From positions 68,882,001 to 68,946,000 of the forward strand of contig OZ287751.1 of assembly GCA_965649765.1 (NCBI GenBank): DNA of 64,000 bases, read 5' to 3'. This stretch comes from Bispira polyomma (taxonomy: Eukaryota). Under the pieces are notes generated by a model. The model was not told the DNA's origin, ran no database searches, and saw only the letters and a list, made by a program, of their open reading frames with translations. Of this stretch, positions 23,384-37,320 are shown one piece after another. A program made the position numbers and the translations under genes. The stretch's first letter is position 1; every line of letters starts with the position of its first letter.

Positions 23384-24828
23384 AACTAGAAAACGGTTTT
23401 TGATAACAAAAATGAAGCGTCCCTAAAGTTGAAATAATAATAATGTTTAGTGTACAAGGTTTGATATTGTTTAAAAGTTCACATATAAGCAGAATCAGCA
23501 CTTTGGTCAATATAAGCTCGAAAAGGAGCATTATTTCCGAGATAACAGACGTTTTCTAAAAAGACACTCTATCTAAAAAGACGCTCTATCTAGCACCGTT
23601 TCCAAGATAACAGACATTTTCGTAAAAGTCCCAGAAATTCAAGATGGCCGCCAAAATCCAACATTTTTTCAAAAGTTTATATATATGCAAAATCAACCCG
23701 ATGGGTCGAAAATGAGCTCGAAATCGCTCTATCTAGCACCGTTTCCGAGATAACGGACATTTTCGAAAAAGACGAAGAAATTCAAGATGGCCGCTAAAAT
23801 TGAAAAAATTTTTAAAGTTTACATATAAGTAAAATCAACCCTGTGGGATGAAAATTAGCTCGAAATCGCTCTATCTAGCACCGTTTCAGAGATAATGGAC
23901 ATTTAAAAAAAAACCTTAATTTTTAAAATTTTTGAAATAAAATCGTTTTATATCAGTAACGATCGCAGATTTTTGGATGGGGTAAAAAATAAATAAAAAT
24001 TCAGGCTATTCTTTAAAAGTTACACGCTGCATGTACTGGTCTAAAATTAAAAATAAAAAAAATCCTCACACGCTCAAAAAAGCACCCATCAACACATTTT
24101 TTTCCCCATTTTGTATGATTGATCGACCCTGTCAATCAGTCAATTATCACCAGATTGATCTAAAAATTTACGGACATCTATGCTTTGGTATTTGCAATGT
24201 GCATGCTAAATTTCATTGAACTATGACAAGTAATTCAAAAGAAAAGTTGATAAAAGTGCAAGATAGAGCAAAATAGAGCAAAGTACTCATTTGAAGTACT
24301 CAGTACTCATTGAGTACTGGACTTAGAACTGTGAGATTTTTACATCATGCATAAAATCAAAAAGTAGATGAATAACTTATACCAAGAAAAAGCCGAAATC
24401 CCAGTAGTTTCTGAGATAGCAAAAAAGTACCGATTTTTCGCATTTCAATAAAAATCAATCAGTTGGCAATCGGTCAATTATCATCCGATTAATCTCATCA
24501 GCGTCTCCCGTCCTGAAAATTGCCTTACCAAGGTACATACCAAATTTCATTGAGCTATGATGAATATTTTCTGAGAAAATCTAGTGACAAGCACTTTTAC
24601 ACCCCCAGGGTCACCTGACATTTAAGTAGGCCAAAGTTCAAAGCCAAGAATATCAAAAAAATTTCCCACTCCTGGTTAAGAGAACTGCCAAAAATAATTT
24701 TGATGCAGATAATATTGAAGGAGATATTCAAGGAAGACCATGCGGCGGCGGCACAGGCGGCGGCATAGGCGGCAGCGAGGAAACCAGGGGTGAAACCAAA
24801 TAAGCGCCCTTTTCAAGGGACGCTTAAT
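23384..24828 (-). mobile_element. non-autonomous Helentron/HINE (DINE-1-like) element, copy 1, with 143-bp internal tandem repeats
   Basis: Highly similar to 49667-51168. Subterminal inverted repeats AAGCGTCCCT / AGGGACGCTT. Partial IR hairpin TAAGCGCCCTT-TTC-AAGGGACGCTTA. GGC microsatellite near one end. Short stem-loop followed by CTAGTT at the other end. AAGATGGCCG recurs at 23641 and 23784 (period 143). Confidence 0.8.
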
Positions 24829-26402
24829 AATACATGCGTCAACATAAATTAAGTTATATATGAAATTGATATTGAAAAGTGACAATTTCCTTCATGTAGA
24901 ATGATGAAAAACATGATAAATGGTTAAAACAGAGAATTTGGTATATGTAACTCAAAGGGGACAAATGTATGATGTCCGCCACATTTGAATGTTTCTTTTT
25001 TGGTGACATTACGACAAGTACTATCTTGGGTGTATTATTGAATTTTTTAGCTTCATCCAATCTTAATTTGACTAGTGTTTGACTCACAGAGGCCCCTACA
25101 TTATTACTATAAACATGTAGCAATTTTAATTCCGTTTTTTACACATTTTAACAATAACATAAATGAGCTATGTTACAGTGAATACTCCCAAGAATCTACT
25201 ATATATGATTATGGTTTGATTTAAATGCTACGATTCCTTGTATATTCTGTCAATATCTTGAGTTTTTAAGACATAGGGCCTCTCTGGGAGACCATCTTTT
25301 CTACTTTAGATTTTGATTTGTTGGAAGGGGTATACAGCTTTGATGAAGAAGAGGGGCAGGGAGGGCGGGGGAGGGGGGGATGGGTCCTCGTGTCACTGAT
25401 GCACTTTGCTACAAATGAAGTCAGAATCTCCTTGGCAAATTGCAACATTGCGAGATTTTGACAAATTCCTCCTAATGTTTTCTTCTCTTTCATTCAATTT
25501 CCCCAAGCGTTCCACTCAATCTTTTGAAATCAAAATGTTACTCAAAAGATTCTTTTTTTTTTGTAGCCAATATTTTTTGGGTGATAAAAATGTGACTTCT
25601 ACACAGATGTAGCGTATAGTTCTATATCACATTGTTGCAGTTATTTAACATGCGAGAAACAAACCACATTGTAGGTCATTTCTGAACTATTAATACCACA
25701 TTCTCCTAAATCTAGAGAAAGTCTCAACACAGGACTTTTTGTGAATAACGCCCCAGCTGTAACTAATTAATTTTATTAGTGGTTAAGGCTGCAATTTTAC
25801 AGTAGTGATTTTATTTGTACCTGGTACTTTCATAGTCTACAGCATCATAATGTTGATCATTAGTGTTATATTTTATAGTGCTTGGAGTCTACACTAAATG
25901 TCCCAAAAACTTTAACTTAAATCTGAAAAAAAAGTAAAACGGGTCAAACGTATGTTAAAATTTTTCAAAATACCATTTCTGTGGTAGAACATACACAATT
26001 TAAACACCTCTGTTTCTTATATATTTTCTAATAATTAACGGTAATACAGATGACAAACTATTGTGAATTCAATAAATATGCATATATATATATTACATGT
26101 ATACTAAATAGCTGACATTTACTCACAAGGGTATAACTTATCTATGTAAGTAACACATATTGCACTATAAAATTAACCAGCTATTTCTAGCAAACCAGTC
26201 TTGCATTTCTATAGAGCTAGATTACGAAAAAAAAAATCTTTTAGTAATAAAATATTTCAAATTGGCATCCATGTTGGTTATCTTTTTTAAATATCTCATG
26301 TAAAATTAAGGCATGTTACAACACAAAATATGTAATTGCAAGAAATCTAAAATTTTTAAAAATATCTAAAATAAGTCAGCAAAAAAGTAAAAACTTACAA
26401 AA

Positions 26403-26619
26403 TACAGTACAACCTCTATTATCCGAATATGTTGGCAGAGAAAGATTTAGTGTTTGGAAAATAAATGGTTGATAAACCAGAAGAGACACATTTCAGTATG
26501 ATATTATAAAATAATACAAAAACACAAATTTGAGAGAGTGGGAATTAGTTCATATTTAGTAGAATATTTGAATAAGCAAAGATTCTAAAGTTCCGATAAA
26601 ACATTAAGATTCTACTGTA
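26403..26619. mobile_element. MITE family A
   Basis: TA-CAGTACAACCTCTATTATCCGAA ... ATTCTACTG-TA, with the internal GAGAGTGGGAATTAGTTCAT motif shared with other copies. Confidence 0.75.
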
Positions 26620-26639
26620 TCATTACCAAAATAGGTGTA

Positions 26640-27158
26640 CCGGTTCCGCTCTCAATCTCGCCCATGTTCGCGTAAACGCCCATTCGCAACTTTTCAAATA
26701 TTACGGAAAACGGCCAGTTAATTTTGCAAAAAACATATCATATAACAACAAATACCATAAAGAAACTATTAAAAATCCATGTTTTTTATGCAAAACTTTG
26801 TAAAACATACTAGTTTAAGGTAACTTGGTCATATAAACAGCCATCATTTGCGCTTCCTGTGTACACTAACAATGGTGACATTTTCTCACCTAGGAGCACC
26901 TGTAATTTCTAGTACACAGTTGAAGATAAAAACAACAAAATGGGGCTGTTTTTCGCAAGAAATTTTATGGATTTGTTGATTTTTCTATATCACAGATGAA
27001 ATAGGTGATTGTTATGTACTTTATGTCATTTTATAGTGTTTATACGGATTAAAGCGAAAAACGAGTTCGCGTAACAACCCATTCTCGCAAACGCCCACCC
27101 CCAAATTCTTTGAATTTTCGTTGTTTTCACCCCTGGGCGCTTCCGAGAGCAGAACCGG
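26640..27158. mobile_element. TIR MITE with TA TSD
   Basis: TA|CCGGTTCCGCTCTC...CGCCCA ... TGGGCG...GAGAGCAGAACCGG|TA. Subterminal GTTCGCGTAA repeats and further internal inverted similarity. Confidence 0.75.
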
Positions 27159-28022
27159 TATTTTAAACCAGTGTTTCACTTGATTTTGACTCTGTCTAAC
27201 TCTCTCTCTCCTAAGGTTTTACATCACGTAGTTATTGAGAATTACAAACAGACACAATACCTACAAGAACCCTCAAGTATTGTTTCACTGATAAATCAAT
27301 ACACAAATGGCTGACTCCAAACTTACGACACAGTCATTTACTTTTTCCTTAAGGTTTCACACAAATACTTTAATAAAATTGAATCATAATTATCATATTA
27401 GTCATAATATGATTATGTGTTATTTTAAGACCATTACCCTCCTTCTTCAAAGAGAAACACCTTGAATCCTTCAATAACGCTGGATTACAGATATCAATAC
27501 CTTGAAGCTTTCAGATTATCAACTAACATTCATACCAGCCATAAAAGTTCATAAAAAATTTATGCACAACAATACAAATCAGTACAATATCATGGACGCA
27601 AGCTGAAACCTGGTTTAAATTGACGATACCATTCTCACGAGTGATTAAATATTACCTAGACATTGAGCAAATATTATTTCAAAGGCTTTATCGGTGATTT
27701 ATTAGCAGTTCTCGCAGGGTCCAGATCACTCCAGAAAACCAATTCCACAAATGCTATCACCAAAAAGGGACAAATAAACCTTTGTCCTTTTCCTGGTTTA
27801 CTATCAGAGACGATTGTTAGATAATCAAATAATTAATGCTCAAACAAGAGCCCATAGATGCCTTTATGTGCCAACAATCATTAGTAAAAAGACTATACCA
27901 GATCTTCTAGAATCTATCATCGGTTGGGGGTTTTTTTCTATACATTTTAAAAGCACTCTGAGATGATGCTGCAAGTATATATGCCATAGTATCTATAATA
28001 TACACACCACAGTAGATGGAAA

Positions 28023-28208
28023 TACAGTGGAACCTCTATTATCCAACCCTCTATTATCCAAATTTTCAATTTCAATTTCACTATCCCAAACTCTTTTTTT
28101 TTTTGCTATTGTTTTATTCTAAAATGGTCCTGTTATTTTACGGACCTTCTATTATCCAAACAAATTCTCACTCTCCCAATATGGTCAGATAATAGAGGTT
28201 CTACTGTA
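28023..28208. mobile_element. MITE family A
   Basis: TA-CAGTGGAACCTCTATTATC ... GATAATAGAGGTTCTACTG-TA. Confidence 0.8.
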
Positions 28209-29945
28209 TAACAAATCATTTTCATAGGTTATTGAGAGCTACAGTGCCCACACACATACTCATCTTTTCATACATCATTCGATGTTATTCTTCTCTTTTT
28301 TTCTTTTGTACATGTACTTCTTTCTGTCAGAAGGTTTTATTATAGTCACTTTTTCTATTTTGCCTGATCGCAAATATTGTTTATGAATATAACAATATAT
28401 CATCAGCTGATGTTCCCAAATAAACTAGAACATCTAAAATAGATTGATAACACAGTTACAACTACTTCATTGTCATGGATATATATATATATTTAAGGAG
28501 AAACTGATTTTCTCTGCTGAGGCCTTAAAAGCTGAGTCAAGTAAGCATAAAATAGGGTAGAAAATAATATCTGAAACGATACAAGCTAGCGCTATTGTGA
28601 GTGAACTTAGAGCCACTGGGGTATTTAGATTAGGCAAGGTTAAAATGTGTGACACTAAGCAAAAACATGGCACAGAGATCTCAAATAGGGCTTCCGAGTT
28701 CATTGTACACTCCGAGTGAGTCACTAAGTCGGTGTTTGTAATTTGGAAGAATGTAGAGCATGAATACCAATGGAAAATATAAACCAATTGAGTCTAAATC
28801 AAGCTTTAAACATATGATGCATGGGAAAAATGTGGGTTATTTTAACTTTGCATGTTAGCAATGATCAAAACCTGGAGATTCAATATTTTGGAACCTGATC
28901 ACCTTTATAAATACAGTGTCAAATTATCTGGATATTGGCAGAAAATTGGGAGATGCGTTAGCTATTAAATTGGGGTTTAATTCCATAGAATGTGGTATTA
29001 CATATACAAATATATGTCTACAAAAAACCTTTGTAATACAGTCTCTGTTTGACAGCAACTATGAGTATAATTCTTAAAAAAAAGTTTTACCAAGTATTCA
29101 ATTTTAGACAATTTATTGTCATTGGCTGAATGGAACTTGTAGCTTAATTTGGGTAGAATGAACAGATCATTACATCAAGGACTGGGTTGAATAATGAATT
29201 AAACAACAGTGTTTGTAAAACAAGTGTCAAGTATTTCTGACACAATGGTTGTTTGCAAATAAAAACTTGATAGAAAAACTTGTAGAGCAAAATGACATTG
29301 AATAGATATCCCTTCTCAAACAAAACACCACAGTTAAACAATTTTTTTTATGATTTGTCACAACCAAAACTACTAACCATATCTAAAATTACTTGCAATT
29401 ATTCAAGAAACATCATTTGTATTTTATAAACATCCATGTCAGAAATATTTCACATGATTTTGAAATGTTTCACTTAATTTTAAATGTAAATTGTGACTTT
29501 TAAATATGGACCGATACCTTTAAACCTCCCAGTGCCAAATTTTAATATTTGGTACTACACGGTTCTTTAAAACTTTTTTTTAAAATGATAGTAAAAATTT
29601 CAAAAAAGTTGAATATTCTAAGATAATATTGCTTAATTTTAAATACCCCAGCATGTCTAGGAACTCACTAAAAACGCTGTCTTGAGACTGTTTGAGAATC
29701 TTCATGTTTTTGTCAATGGCATAAAAATCTAAGATGGCCGCCAAAATCAAAGAATTCTACCTTTTTTAAAATCTTTTTACAAATCCAAAATGTCTGCTAT
29801 ACTTCGCTGTTTTAGAAATCAGACGCTTTTATTGATGACGTAATTATCAAACATATATCAATAGGTATTTTTTATCAATAGATACACATCTTAAATTAGC
29901 ACCTAATATTCAATTAGGGCCAGTCCAATGATTTATGTTGGAATA

Positions 29946-30265
29946 TACAGTATACAATCTATTTTATCCAAACTTCTATAAAACGAATATTCGATTTCAT
30001 GAACTCATTTCCACGCTCCCAAGTTTACATATTCATATTGTTTTCTACCAAAATACCTCCACTATTTTATGAACCTTCCGCTACTTAAACAAAAACTCTT
30101 GTTCTCCTTACATGTGTTTCTAGTGTATTACAGTGAAACCTCTATTATCCGAACATTTGGGGAGAGAAAGAGTTTGTGTTTTTTTTTGTTGTTGACATTG
30201 TCTGTCTTTGTTCTATTGTGAAGCCTATGTGTTTGTGTTATGTTTTATAATGTATATTATGTACC

Positions 30266-30296
<31 letters not shown>

Positions 30297-30459
30297 AAAA
30301 AAAAAAAATAACAAAAAATGGTTGGATAATAGAATGTTTGTAAAATAGAAGAGGCCTTTTAGCATAAATCTATAGCAAAAAGAAAATTTGGGAGAAGGAG
30401 AAACTGTCTTCATAGAATATTTGAATAATAGAAGTTAAGATAATAGAGGTTTTAATATA
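29946..30459. mobile_element. two adjacent, oppositely oriented MITE family A copies (about 29946-30115 and 30129-30459); the second carries a (TA)n-containing insertion
   Basis: The first copy has the reverse of the internal motif (ATGAACTCATTTCCACGCTCCC). The second runs from TA-CAGTGAAACCTCTATTATCCGAAC to GATAATAGAGGTTTTAATATA. Confidence 0.65.
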
Positions 30460-33299
30460 CTACAAGCAGTGCTTCTGTTGGTAAGCATGCTTCAAAATAC
30501 AAAGTATTGAGTATTGTAATACACTCAGAAACCTTAATCTTATGATCCCTGAATAAAATGTAACTTACAACAGCAGAGGAGGAATCCAGGCACAGCCAAA
30601 AGCACACACCATGATTCAACAAGATAATACGGTAAATAAAAAATATTCTCACCAGACTCATAATTAATGAAACTGAACCTTGGTCTACTTTTTTCCACTG
30701 CGGTAATGTGCAATCTTTACAACAATAAATGTGACAAAGCAATTTTTTTATTTTTTTTTTTGGGGGGGGGGAGTTCCTTTGACACTAAAACAGAGTCACT
30801 CAAAAAATCAACACTTTTATTAGTGTGAAAAAAAAACGACGGTAAATGTTATAAAATACACGACTTAGTGTTTATTTCATATATGAAACACATTTAAAGA
30901 TTCTTTTTTAAGTGATGCATCTTAGGCTGATTACATGAGAGCACTTGCTGTTTTACATAAATAAATAAAACTAGAAAACAAAAAATTGATCCAAATTTCT
31001 GAAGAAAAAAATCTAGGTGATAAATGGTCGTGAAAATGTGGACATATTTAATTAAGTTTGTTGGTACATGTAGCTGAGTCTCCCTCTGTGTTTGAGATAT
31101 GACAAAGTTTTGCAATTAATGCCAAAAACAATAAGGAATAAAGATGGTAAGACAATGGTAACTTTTAACTTGTTTTTCTGAAGTCTACCAGCACACTGTA
31201 CTATTCTTTGAAACAAATAATTACTAATACACTTTATTATAGATTTAAAATACATAGAAATTTTCACCAGGAAATGAACTTTTTACTATTTCAAACAATA
31301 CTACTAAAAGTGAAACTTAAATCAAGACCAAAACTGAAAATACTATATAATATATAAATATGTTAAGAGTGAAAGTGGTCAATAAATAAACTGCGAAAGT
31401 AACTTCAAATAAAATGTACTAATATAACATAATATTTATGTTCAAAAATATATTAATAATAACATTTACTACCAGCTAAAAACAGCAATTTTTACAGTAT
31501 TCACAGTAAACCATTGCTACAAAGACTTCACAGTGTCAGTGAGTCAATGTAACTAGATCTTCCCTAATGAATAAACCCAGCAAAGAAGAGAAGAAAGAAA
31601 GAAAAAACGGCATTAGAGCCCAGTAGAGCCTTTATATATGGGACACATTTACAATACACCAGGGAGCACCATGTCACAGCTAACGTGAAAAACGACAACA
31701 TTCCCTTAATCCCAAATATCCCCAAATATGCACCTAAAGAGACAAAAGGCTCACCTCGTCAAACTAGTTTACTCGTGTTGTGACAGGGGAAGGGGGGGGG
31801 GGGGGGGGTGGAAAAGGGTGAGGGCAGGGTGAACTTGACTAAAATATAACAGGCTTGTGTGTGTGCATCTTCTAAAATACAGACAACTTAAAGATACTGT
31901 TAGTTCTGGAAAGTAACTTCTTAAAAATTTGAAACTTTTTATTATTTATTACATTCAAATTTTAAGAATAATATAGATATTATTTGAAAAATAGGAACAA
32001 AATGAAACTAATAGCATGGTTTATCAGATAGTATATACGGTAATGAAAAACGGGTTTAAAAGTCTTTTCTGAGTTTAGCTCCATATTTAGCAAAAATACT
32101 CAAAACTGGAACGTTTGATGGGATTCCCACCACCTAAAAGACCACCTCAGGCAAGCACAGGACGGCTTTTAGAAACTCAAATACAATTTAAACAGGGCTA
32201 GAAGAAGCTGTGAAAAGATTGGGGTTCAGAAGAGCAGTCCATCAATTCCTGCAGCCTTAAGGCTTAATGGTTCCTTGAATAGCAAAGTGCCGACGGTTGT
32301 CCAGGTACTTTGGGCTGAGTTTGCTCAACTCAAACATTCTACTCAGTAAATAGAAAAATGAATACACAAAAATCTAATCAGAGTGACACTAAATTAATCT
32401 TATCCCATCTAATTAATAATTCATGGTTATTTCAATATGTAGACTAAATACATTTGGTCAAAGATTTGAAAAAGTTAAAAATTAGTGAAGACATAAAATG
32501 AAACGTTAGGCTTTTACAAGGGCAAGCCTAATGGTCGCCAGTAGTTAGCTACCTCTGCAACAGCTTTTTCACACAAGACGTGTGGAATCAATAAAATTGC
32601 TCTTAACTCTTGAGTGGCCTCTATTAGCCAGCCTCTTTTTGGGGAGACTTATTTCAGGCAACTAACAAAAAAAAAACGGATTTGTTATTCAACAATTTCT
32701 GACAGGATGGCTCATGCCCCAGTCTGCTCTGACACTCTCCAATCCCCCCCCCCCCCCCTCTCCCCCACAAATGACTTACAAAAAAAGACCAAGGCTATAC
32801 AAAGAGCACAAACATGACATAATCTAAATCAATTTGAACATTACATATTGTGATCTAAAGCCAAGTTAATCTAGTTTACATTTTTTCTGCTAATTGATTT
32901 TATGAATTTATGTATTAAGCTATCTAAAATTTACTGAAGTTAGCCACAATAGTTTTAATGAAATATTACTTGTTACTTTATCTGTGTGAATTCTAATTCA
33001 GTTATAGTTGGTTTGGTATTTTTTTCAACTAGTTGTTGGGTTTATAAAGCCAGCCAATAATCGATTATTGACAGGTTAAATTAACAATATTCAGAAATAT
33101 GTTTGACAAAAGTGTAAACAAAATCACAAGATCCTTTCTTATGTTAAATTTATACAATATTGATCGTCAGATTCTAAAACCAGAATTGGTTTTGAATAGT
33201 TGTACCTAATTTTAGTTTTAATCAAGAAAACCGAAATCGGTTTTTCTAATTACAACTTTATAAAATGTACACCAATTTTGAACCCCAAGATACAACAGA

Positions 33300-36240
33300 A
33301 ACAGGGAACACTTACAGGTGAATTTTATAGAGATATACGGCACGATTTGAGATTCTTTGTAAGACCATCCTGGACTAGCAGGCTACAAACATCATTTTCA
33401 GAGAGGGGCTATGAGAGTTATACAGCAAGCCAACTCTCTTTACTAGTAGTTACTACCTCGCCTCATGCTAAACGACCATAAAACTCTATATCAAAGAGGC
33501 TCTGGTTGCCATTGACAGTGGCCATGTTAACACTGACATCTTGGTGTCTCTTACTGACTTCCAATATGGCCAGTTCTCATCACAACTCACACTAAATCAC
33601 TGCCACATCTCTTGTACTGGCAAAACCGGCCTAGGCGCAACTTCGTCACAAAATGTCAGTGGATTTGGAATAAATTCAATGTCACAGTGTCTACACGTAC
33701 CAAATTTAGCCTCATGAAGTTTTACATAAGAAACCTAATCTTCCCTTGTCAAAAGTATATTTCTTCTCAGCTGCTCAGAACAGGTCTTTGTTGTATTTTT
33801 AAGATCACTGGAATGTTTACGATTAATTTTAAGGCCTGGTTTCACAGAAGTAAACAGTAAGGATTGGACCTGTGATTGCTTAGAATAGACTTTTGTTTGG
33901 TTATGGCTAAACTGTTATTGAAGTCCAAACGACATCCCAGGTTTTAAAACAAATTTTGCAAGTTTCACCAAGAATCTTTTTTTCTGATCTTCTAATTGGC
34001 TCGAGGCCATGGTTACCTAGTGGTCAGAAGCACCTTCTTTATGTTCACTGGCCTCTCATGAATGTGGATTCCAGTCCTGAATATTCCTTTGTGTGAGAAA
34101 GTGTGTCAGGTACATGCCATAGTTCGGTGGTTTACAGTGGTTTCAGCACTGGTTCCTTCCACCATCAAATCTGCCCCTTGTGATATGACTAGACCAGTGT
34201 TGAAAGTGACGTTAAAACACAAACTAAATTCCAATTAGCTCCGATTCTTGTATATGTGAGACCTACATATTGTGGAAAGCTGGAGTTCTGTGTAAAGTCT
34301 ATTGTAAAAGCATATAAATAGAACAAGGTTGCTTTCAGTCATTCTTTAGTCAAGTGATTTCAGAGATGTCAATATCCACTGTTTTGAGTTAACACACTAT
34401 GCTCATGATATTCTGTAGCAAGTACAATGTACTTAAAAACAGTCACAATAATCTGTCACATACATGTACTAGCTTTTTTAAAAAGATATCCGCATGAAAT
34501 ATCTGAAGAAAATTACAATACTGATATTTCCAGCCTGATATTCGTCTTCAAAGATGTAGATATCCATACAGACCCGAGTTAACCGTCGCCGAAACAGCCT
34601 TGTTTTACTGATGTGCGGCTGTTAGCGTCCCGTCCTGTGTGTACCATCAGTAAACTCATAGCTTCAGTGGACAGGGAACTCGGCCTAATATTTATAAAAT
34701 GCTTCTCAAGTATATCATCGTCTTCAGTTGAACTTGAACCAAAGGTTCAAAGGTCAGACACTCTTTTAAATAAACCAGGGCTATGGCTTTTGTTAGAAAT
34801 TTGTTCACAATTTAAATTTCTCCACTAAACAACATGAACAGTAGTACCCTGTAATCCATTCTGTCAAATTATTAACCTTTCTGTTGTTGTTCAGTATTTA
34901 AATAAATCTCATTGCCTCTATCAAGTCATCATGGAGCATTTAAAAGTAATCTACTAATTTAGCTGTAATTGAACAGCCATTGGCTCGGGGCTTTGTACTT
35001 TTTTTTCAAGACATCAACATCTTTTTAATGTCTATTAGGATAATACAGGGCCCCTACCATTATGTCAAAAATTTTGTCAATTAATACATAAAGTTCCAGG
35101 CTCTTCTACACAATAAGACTAATACATTCCACCATTTTTTTTACAAGCATAGTAGTTTGCCTTTTACAAGACAAATTACATTCATTCAGATCTCTAATAA
35201 ATTGACATAGATGTCGTTACTTATTTAATCTTTCAGACACCTCATAGAGGCTATTTAATAATCTGTTATTTAAAAAAACAATTCTGAACATATCCCAGCA
35301 AAGGGCCTATTGCAAGCCGGGTCCATTATAGAAAGCCAGGTGAGGGGGGTTACCTACTGAACACCTGACGATATAACCTCGTCATTGCATTCACTATATA
35401 TGTAAAACATGCCCAGTTTTATACAAACAAATTCTATATACACGTCCTACTTCTGTTTTACATGCTTTTCTCTCCTCTTTTTTTAAGGCTTCCAACAAAG
35501 GGGGTACCATTAAGTCTTATAATTCTATTCAGCTCCCAGAGTATGTAAAGAGAGCCTTTGGGGCATTGTAATCATGTCTGTAAAACCCCACCAATTCAAT
35601 AATCCATATACAGTGTATCTAAAGCCAGTTAAGCCACCGGCCAGTCTTTTTTCTGAAATGTCTGGTACTTAAGGTCGTCTAAATTTATTAGTCAAACCTT
35701 GCATATCTTATATTTTCTCTACTAGTTTTCTACATTTACCTGAAAGCTCACCTGTATATAACTATATATAACTAAATAGCCATAATGGCAATGCTCTTAG
35801 GTTTTACTCTATGTATATATGGAAGGGGCTTCCCTTACTCTGACATTAAGTATTAGCTTAGAAACTTAAAGTTACCAGTGGCGTTTAAAAGAAGACATAT
35901 AAAGCCACATGTTTTGCCATGTTTGTAACCACTTGTAGCGTTTATAAAAAAAAAGTCGGTTCTGCATATAAATTTTTTTTTGTACTCAGAGTTCATGAGA
36001 TTTATTACATAAATTCCTTTCTAAAAATTGAGTTGTTACTTCTATGTAGAGTGGCTGGATTCTTTGAAAAAGGTGTCGTCAGCCTTAGACATAAAATACG
36101 TCTCTTGAACTTAAATCCCCAATAGAAAAACATGCGTTTGCATTTCATGCTGTTTAAAATTCAAGAAATGTTTCTGTTGCGGCAATCTTGCACTTCAGTA
36201 TGAAAAGCTAAGTTCTTTTCCTTGTACATTCTTAGCTAAT
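33300..36240 (-). pseudogene. decayed coding relic of unknown origin, interrupted by SINE S1
   Basis: From about 34000 to 33490 one minus-strand frame runs about 170 codons with only 3 internal stops (SQLEDQKKRFLVKLAKFVLKPG...HEAKFGTCRHCDIEFIPNPLTFCDEVAPRPVLPVQEMWQ*...). More protein-like, frameshifted pieces lie upstream. Boundaries are approximate. Confidence 0.35.
34003..34231 (+). mobile_element. tRNA-derived SINE (family S1), full length with target-site duplication
   Basis: Homologous to 2690-2891. Flanked by TCTAATTGGCTC (33991-34002) and TCCAATTAGCTC (34230-34241). Confidence 0.75.
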
Positions 36241-36479
36241 ATCAAAAGAAGTTTAATGAAGAGAATTAAAGTCTGACCACAAAGAAAACAGATTTAACAC
36301 AGGCACAGACTTGCAAACTTACAACTATTTATACTGTCGAAAATTGTTTTTAAATTGTGTCAATCTGACTTAAAATTGATTAAACATTGAACTTAAAAGA
36401 TAAATTTAAACATACAATATAGTGTACATATTACAGGGTTGACCACATGTTGCTGTATATAAAATTTAAATGTACCATG

Positions 36480-36842
36480 TACCTACCTATCTTGCCTGAT
36501 TGCTGTCCTTTAGCAAGGTTACTAGGGAAAACAGAATCGGAGTGTCTAATATTAGAAACAATAAATGGATTGGATCTGATGCCTTTTCTGTTGCAGCACC
36601 TATGTTATGGAACAATTTACCAGGCAAAATCAGATGCCAGAGTACCCTCTTTGGTTTCAGAAGCAACCTTAAAACTCACCTCTTTAATTTTGCCTATGCT
36701 CCATATTAACTTTTCTCATCTATCACTGTTACCTCCATGCTCTTAAACTTTCTTTGGAAAAGGACTAAGATTTTTACCACTTTGTTAATGGTGTTGTGCG
36801 TTAGAAGATGTCTGGCATCAATTAGGTGCATTAAAAATCTAT
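36480..36842 (+). mobile_element. L2-type LINE 3' fragment
   Basis: ORF 36500..36709 contains AFSVAAPMLWNNLPGKIRCQSTLFGFRSNLKTHLFNFAY. The downstream 3'UTR resembles that of the 1423-2185 element. Confidence 0.85.
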
Positions 36843-37320
36843 AATTTGACCACACTTTTAAATCAATCAGAGTCATTGACACGCTGTGGTATATTTTGTT
36901 ACCGTCAGTTCGATTGGTAACATTTGAGTACTTGAAACCTCTACGAAAACTAATGTTACTTGTTTAACATGTTTTCTTCATCAAAACAAAAAGTTTAGTA
37001 TATTTTTGGCAGCTAATACAAGTTTTCCTCATAATTTCCAATATTACCCGACATATTTTCCACTGTTTGTTTGCCAGATTTTCTTTACATCAGCCACCAT
37101 ATTACTAGACTGGCTTGTGACATTAACTCATACTAAATGCGTGAATACCTGGGTTTGAGACGGTCAGACATTTGCGATTACTCAAGCCACATTTATTTTG
37201 TACCCGTACACACCTAATGTATGCATACGCCTATTTTCAAGTCTATTGAGTTTTAGGCTTAAGAATTTTTTTGCTAGAGACAATCTGTGATGAGAACACA
37301 TGCAGTCCCGCTCCTCTCAC

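Noticed and set aside
24031-24219. 62-aa ORF duplicated almost identically at 50398-50586
   Set aside because: It lies inside the two HINE copies, so the identity reflects the repeat rather than a gene family.
31755-31870. Strong minus-strand donor GAG|GTGAGC after a C-rich tract
   Set aside because: There is no clear coding frame or other support. It could be another leader exon but cannot be supported from sequence alone.
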